Source: an uncultured delta proteobacterium
GTDB taxonomy: Bacteria > Desulfobacterota > Binatia > UBA9968
Assembly (NCBI GenBank): GCA_963727625.1
Contig: CAVSHR010000002.1
Location: 544,001-608,000, forward strand
Direction of reading: 5' to 3'
Length of the DNA: 64,000 nt
Part shown: in pieces, positions 61,850-64,000 of the stretch
How positions within the stretch are numbered: position 1 is the first letter of the stretch
How the letters are laid out: each line of letters opens with the position of its first letter
Made by a program: the position numbers and the translations under genes
Notes under the pieces: model-generated
Database searches by the model: none
What the model was told of the DNA's origin: nothing
Seen by the model: only the letters and a program-made list of their open reading frames with translations

Positions 61850-62059
61850 TGGCTGCGCCTGGCCAAGACCGAAGACGCGCGGGAAGGTTATGAGTTCATG
61901 CGCAAGATGTACGCTAAACGGATTTATCCTAATGTCGAAGGTATCTGTAATGCGATCCGCGCGCTCAGCCGACCAACGAAAAATCTCGCGTCCTCAAAGC
62001 CGAAGACCTGGTCGACGACCGATATGTCAGAAAGTTGGAGAAAGGGGAGGGGGTTTTAG
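61850..62059 (+). pseudogene. C-terminal remnant of an ABC substrate-binding protein (NMT1/SsuA-like)
   Basis: LRLAKTEDAREGYEF...YPNVEGI then, frameshifted, LKAEDLVDDRYVRKLEK. Confidence 0.6.
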
Positions 62060-62094
62060 TGCTTAATTCGCCGTCTTTGTGTCGCAACCGACCG

Positions 62095-62523
62095 TCAACT
62101 CGTGATATAGCGCTCGAGCTGCTCGATGATGAATTTTTGGTCGGCGATTATAGACTTGACGAGATCGCCGATGGAGATTAGACCGAATAATTTCCCTTCG
62201 TCAATGACCGGCAGGTGGCGGACGCGCTTATCCGTCATTATGGCCATGCACTCTTCAACGGACTGCTCCGGGTGGGTATAGACCACGTGGCTGGTCATGA
62301 TTTCTTCGACCCGAGTATTCGGGGAGGTTCGGCCGAGAAGAACGATCTTACGCGCGTAATCCCGCTCGGAGATTATGCCGGCGAGGCGCCCGCCGTCCAT
62401 CACCACGAGAGCGCCGACACCTTTTTCGGCCATGAGACGCAGGGCTTCGAAAACCGTCGCCCCTCCCTCGACGCACCAAACGTCGTGCCCCTTGATCTTT
62501 AGGATGTCTCGAACTGTATTCAT
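62095..62523 (-). CDS. CBS domain protein
   Basis: MNTVRDILKIKG, GIISERDYARK, VRHLPV, ISIGDLVK. Confidence 0.93.
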   Translation of the reverse strand: MNTVRDILKIKGHDVWCVEGGATVFEALRLMAEKGVGALVVMDGGRLAGIISERDYARKIVLLGRTSPNTRVEEIMTSHVVYTHPEQSVEECMAIMTDKRVRHLPVIDEGKLFGLISIGDLVKSIIADQKFIIEQLERYITS

Positions 62524-62705
62524 GGGAGACCTCCTTTTTCGACGCGCGGCTGAGCCCGATCGATTTATACAACCATTTGATTGATAAGCGAAGCGCAAAA
62601 GCCCTAACTGTCGCTAGTCCATTTGACCTAAAAGTCTTGATCGGATCGTGAGTTTCACATAGCGTGTTTAGTAGTTCGCAACCGCGAGGTGGAGCTTCCA
62701 CAGCT

Positions 62706-63044
62706 ATGAATTGTCCAAAGTGTCAGACCAAAACTCTCAGCGAAATTTCGCTGGATGAAGTCACTGTCGACCAATGCCCTTCTTGCAAAGGGATTTGGTT
62801 TGACGAGCAAAAGCTCAGCCAGTTGCTTGCCGAAGATGCCGCCCAGGTGGCGCCGCTGCGGGGCGGCGGCGAGAACCGATTTGCCGATAGTAAGAAGGGA
62901 CGTTGCCCGCGGGACGATTCCGACCTGCTTCGTATTTTTAGCTCCATGGATCGTTCAGTGACTCTCGATGTGTGTCCGGACTGTCACGGGATCTGGGTCG
63001 ATGGCGGTGAGTTTGAAAAGCTCTTCGCGGCGCGGCGAAGGTGA
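62706..63044 (+). CDS. zf-TFIIB-like tandem zinc-ribbon protein
   Basis: MNCPKC...VDQCPSCKGIWFD and CPRD...LDVCPDCHGIWVDGGE. Confidence 0.88.
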   Translation: MNCPKCQTKTLSEISLDEVTVDQCPSCKGIWFDEQKLSQLLAEDAAQVAPLRGGGENRFADSKKGRCPRDDSDLLRIFSSMDRSVTLDVCPDCHGIWVDGGEFEKLFAARRR

Positions 63045-63179
63045 ACTCCGGACTGCAAGAGACTTTGCCCTGCCACGATTTTGAATTGATTTCGGCGTGA
63101 GGCTAAGGAGTCGCAAACCGGCTCAGCGCTATTTGGGTCCGCTCCCGCTGGCTATCGTTTCCGTATCGGCGCCGCGGCC

Positions 63180-63407
63180 AATCGGGTCGACACCGACACC
63201 AAAACTTTAACGCAGAACTATCAACAAGGTTTGCGCGCCTGGAATGAAGACATGACCGTTGATGTTGCGGCCATTCGCGTGGGGTTGGACGAGTCCGCGG
63301 ATTCGAAGGCGAAAACTGCCGATTCCAGCCGTTTTTTCGATAACGCTCTGATTCAAACCGGCAATCGAGACTACGCCTCGAAGCGCTTTCCTGGCGAAGT
63401 AAAATAA
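63180..63407 (+). pseudogene. Second C-terminal remnant of an ABC substrate-binding protein
   Basis: DTKTLTQNYQQGLRAWNEDMTVDVAAIRVGLDES..KAKTADSSRFFDNALIQ...FPGEVK*, with no N-terminus. Confidence 0.5.
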
Positions 63408-63484
63408 CATCAAGCGTAAACGAGTGGGCGTGTCGGGCCAAGCTCAGCCGCATCGCCACTAAAAGTCAACTGATTTTGTCGGAG

Positions 63485-64000
63485 TCAGTGACCCGGGCTC
63501 TCCCACACGGTAAGTCCGGCGCGGCAGCACAGGACGTCTTGTTCCGGCCGGTTGGCGCCGGCGACCCCGATGGCGCCGATAATTGTGACGCCGTTAATGA
63601 TCGGGATTCCACCGGCCATCGGCATAACCCGACCATGGTGTGAAACGGCTAGGCTGCGCAGCCAGGGCTGTCGCGCCTGCGGCACCAGCTCGGTTGTCGC
63701 CACGTGAAATGCCGCCGCGGTGTAGGCTTTGTTGAAGGCGAGCTCGGCGGTCCTCGGCTCGGCTTTGTCCATGCGGCCAACGGCGACGGGCGCACCGGCC
63801 TCGTCAACCACCACGGTGCTCACGGCGAGCCCCATCATCTGCGCGTATTCTTGTGCGCCTTGGATCATTTCCCAGGCGGTGTCGAAGGGCACTGGCCCGA
63901 TCGCCGCTTTGTTTCGCCGGAAGAAGGCGGCGTTGACTTCGATGGACGCCGCATGCTCGGCCGGTATGTCGACGTCTTTGAAAATCGCATCGACGGGACA
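63485..64000 (-). CDS. Ferredoxin-GlcG/HbpS (heme-binding) fusion; 5' end outside the window
   Basis: Frame is open to the edge: CPVDAIFKDVDIPAEHAASIEVNAAFF (FdxA-type ferredoxin tail), then VVVDEAG...RMD...AFNKAYTA...GGIPI...GAIGVAG. Confidence 0.82.
   Translation of the reverse strand, partial: CPVDAIFKDVDIPAEHAASIEVNAAFFRRNKAAIGPVPFDTAWEMIQGAQEYAQMMGLAVSTVVVDEAGAPVAVGRMDKAEPRTAELAFNKAYTAAAFHVATTELVPQARQPWLRSLAVSHHGRVMPMAGGIPIINGVTIIGAIGVAGANRPEQDVLCCRAGLTVWESPGH

Overview
GC-rich bacterial chromosomal window. The gene content resembles Candidatus Binatia/deltaproteobacteria-like genomes (inference only). From left to right: (1) a minus-strand NRPS-like gene missed by the ORF track (A-T-A-T-C..., running off the left edge); (2) lhgO, an amidohydrolase and an mlaEFDC operon; (3) a housekeeping block (tRNA m6A37 methyltransferase, DUF721/DciA, NrdR-controlled class II ribonucleotide reductase, rpsO-pnp, M16 peptidase, dut, purB-purS-purQ-purL-purF); (4) a type I restriction-modification island with three passenger genes between hsdS and hsdR, and an hsdM carrying an apparent internal deletion and in-frame palindromic-repeat insertions; (5) a low-GC lipoprotein cassette bracketed by a duplicated 3' end of a ketopantoate-reductase-family gene; (6) a catabolic cluster with two nitroreductase + hydantoinase B pairs, one hydantoinase A, two degenerate M24 proteins, PrpD and an NTT-type transporter; (7) the best candidate for an undescribed system: an ECF sigma / zinc anti-sigma / subtilase triad whose apparent promoter (TTGAACC-N15-GCGAC) occurs four times with exact spacing, in front of the sigma gene, a 40-aa ORF plus a DUF4189 gene, a secreted Asn/Gly/Ser/Thr-rich amyloid-like protein operon, and a CsgG/HfaB-family lipoprotein; (8) small genes, ABC substrate-binding-protein remnants and a ferredoxin-GlcG/HbpS fusion cut by the right edge. 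No rRNA, tRNA or CRISPR array was recognised.
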